Notes under the pieces: model-generated
What the model saw: the letters and a program-made list of their open reading frames with translations, nothing else
Database searches by the model: none
Told to the model about the DNA's origin: nothing
Part shown: positions 62,432-64,000 of the stretch, one piece after another
Numbering within the stretch: position 1 is the stretch's first letter
How the letters are laid out: each line of letters starts with the position of its first letter
Position numbers and translations under genes: made by a program
Source: Tricharina praecox
Lineage: Eukaryota
Assembly (NCBI RefSeq): GCF_024521635.1
Contig: NW_026250427.1
Span: 62,001-126,000, forward strand
Length of the DNA stretch: 64,000 bases
Direction: 5' to 3'

Positions 62432-63529
62432 TTTTGTTTTTGTTTCATCATCGTAGCATTCGACTTCAGTAGATCATGGCTGTATACACTCCGGTTCCAT
62501 CCCACTGTCCAACCCGACATTCACCAAGCGGCCCGATGTAGCTTTCCCTGCCCTCCGTCCCGGCCTGTCACAGCTATGAAGGTAGAGCGCACCTAAGAAA
62601 TGACACTAGGAAGAGACATGTGTGTGGGGGGAAGTGGGGAGGGGGGGGGGGCAGCGAGAGTGACCCCGGCTCCTCGACCTCAGCACCTTCCTCCTCCTCT
62701 TGCCTCAACTCTGCCTTCCTTTATTCCCGCCCCCGAGCGCCCACTCGGACACCTCACTTGCTGCATCTTCCTGATCAGCCTCTGGGATCCGTCTACCTAC
62801 ATCAGTGGAGGAAATGAAGTCTAAAATGGCCTGGCTGCACCGCTCGTCTGCAAAGAGGTCCCGGATCTTGAATCGATCCATACCCCTCCTCATCTGCTTT
62901 CGGACCTGTGCCCACAGTGGTTTCTGCTGGCTTTTCCGTTCGGAGCAGCTTTTGAAAAGGTGCTCCTGAGTCTCGGCCTGGGTCTTTTAGCGGCACCATC
63001 TGCCGCGGGCATTGGGGCGGTTCTTCGTCCATTGGAGATACTGGCCGGTGAGGCAGTGTCCTTTCTTCAACTGGTCGAACCTCGAGGCCAGGCACTTGGA
63101 GGCCGTGGCCGGGATCGGGTCCGGTCTCTGGCCAGATTTTCTGCTGAACCGGTACTTCTTGCTGGTAACTCGGGCGTCGGCTGGCCCATGCTTTGGCTTC
63201 TTTCCACTTGCTTTCCATAGTGCCTCGCCTTAGGTATGCGAGTGACGGGGGAGGTAGCTGTTGATTTTCACGGAGCTGGCACGAAGGGTTCAGATCTCTT
63301 ATATTGCTATTCCATGATCCATCGGAGAGACGGCCGGTCTATATATACTCTCCATCTCCACGAACGATCTACGTACCAATAGTGCTGGTTCTAAGGCTGG
63401 GCTTCGTCACTCCTTCCAACAGTAGCGGCCTGGTGCCGTACTTGTTCAGATAGCGGGTCCCCTACACTCCGCGAGTGATGGGTTGTCGGCTGCCAGTTTG
63501 GCCCATTCGTCGGCCTTTTCGTTCCCGGG
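62432..63529 (-). mobile_element. 5'-truncated, degenerate non-LTR retrotransposon (LINE, Tad1-like): RNase H C-terminus, Zn-knuckle region, 3' UTR, A-rich tail
   Basis: PGNEKADEWAKLAA (RNase H end, 63529-63488); SLAYLRR...KWKEAKAWA; QLKKGHCLTGQYLQW...EHLFKSC...FKIRDLFADERCSQAILDFISSTDVGRR, with frameshifts and stops; tail gaaacaaaaacaaaa. Imperfect flanking direct repeat 62412-62433 / 63528-63548. Confidence 0.88.
63259..63421. mobile_element. 163-bp solo LTR (Ty1/copia-like ends) nested in the LINE
   Basis: Begins TGTTG and ends CAACA; perfect 5-bp TSD GTAGC at 63254-63258 and 63422-63426; internal TATATATA near 63340. Removing it and one TSD copy restores the LINE frame (NKYGTRPLPPPSLAYLRR). 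Confidence 0.88.
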
Positions 63530-63767
63530 TTGAAATGGGACGCCGCTTGAACCCAGTGGCGTGAAAATAAAGTAATCGAGTGACACTCGATGACATGAGG
63601 CTGAAATCTCCCATGGCATATATTAGCGCACTAAAAAAAATTGTCAATGGGAAACTCCCCGCCTTGAACTTACTTGCCTGTCCGTCCACCCCACACTCCA
63701 ACACTCTGTTCCACCTACATATCCCACCCACCCCATCAATCATCTCCACCGTTGCCCCGTAGACAAG

Positions 63768-64000
63768 ATGAGCGAGTCACCCATCGAGCAGGATTCTGGC
63801 GCCGTCATCGGCATTGCCTTCGGCAATACTACAAGCTCGATTGCGTATACTTCAGCTGTGCGTACTCCATGTGGGGTCGGGGAGGGGGCGGGGATGGGGG
63901 AAATGGGGTGCTGATTTGTGAATGTGTGCGTGCAGGATGGAAAGGCAGAACTTATTGCCAACGAGGAGGGTGATAGACATATCCCGTCGGTCCTCTCGTA
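63768..64000 (+). CDS. SSZ1: Ribosome-associated complex Hsp70 Ssz1, 5' end only
   Basis: Exon 63768-63857 (MSESPIEQDSGAVIGIAFGNTTSSIAYTSA), intron 63858-63935 (GTGCGT..CTGAT..CAG), then DGKAELIANEEGDRHIPSVLS. IGIxFGN in place of the canonical IGIDLGT fits Ssz1. Confidence 0.85.

Noticed and set aside
22725..64000. Apparent cluster of growth and translation genes (eIF4B, DHX57, NMD3, Gemin2, KOG1, SSZ1)
   Set aside because: Interspersed with unrelated genes in mixed orientations, with no shared regulatory motif I can support; consistent with ordinary housekeeping gene order.
1..64000. tRNA, 5S rRNA, spliceosomal snRNA or telomerase RNA template
   Set aside because: A manual scan for hallmark motifs found no credible match; a covariance-model search is needed to exclude them properly.

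Overview
Eukaryotic, intron-containing DNA from a filamentous ascomycete: most introns are 50-120 nt, GT..AG, with CTRAY branch sites. Pezizomycetes is an inference only. I can model 15 protein-coding genes, mostly housekeeping: FMP27/Hobbit lipid-transfer protein (3' end off-window), an alpha-arrestin, a Tim17-like membrane protein, eIF4B (7 exons, including a 6-nt microexon), a DHX57-like DEAH helicase, a type-I membrane protein, a hotdog thioesterase, NMD3, a polyQ/coiled-coil protein, LIP2, a ketopantoate reductase, Gemin2, KOG1/Raptor, TeaA/Kel1 and the 5' end of SSZ1. The intergenic DNA holds structure the ORF track misses. There is a 5'-truncated LINE with a 163-bp solo LTR (TGTTG..CAACA, perfect 5-bp TSD) nested in its ORF, four more dispersed relics of the same LINE 3' tail, two TA-flanked terminal-inverted-repeat elements (one with PIF/Tourist-like ends), and many short tandem repeats. 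I found no convincing new multi-gene system. The most unusual candidate is the coiled-coil gene: its frame is open for 194 codons upstream of the first ATG and is separated from a predicted spliced, in-frame upstream ORF only by TAG-AAG-TAG. This could reflect stop-codon editing or readthrough, but it is unproven. All splice sites and alignments were read by eye and no database search was run.
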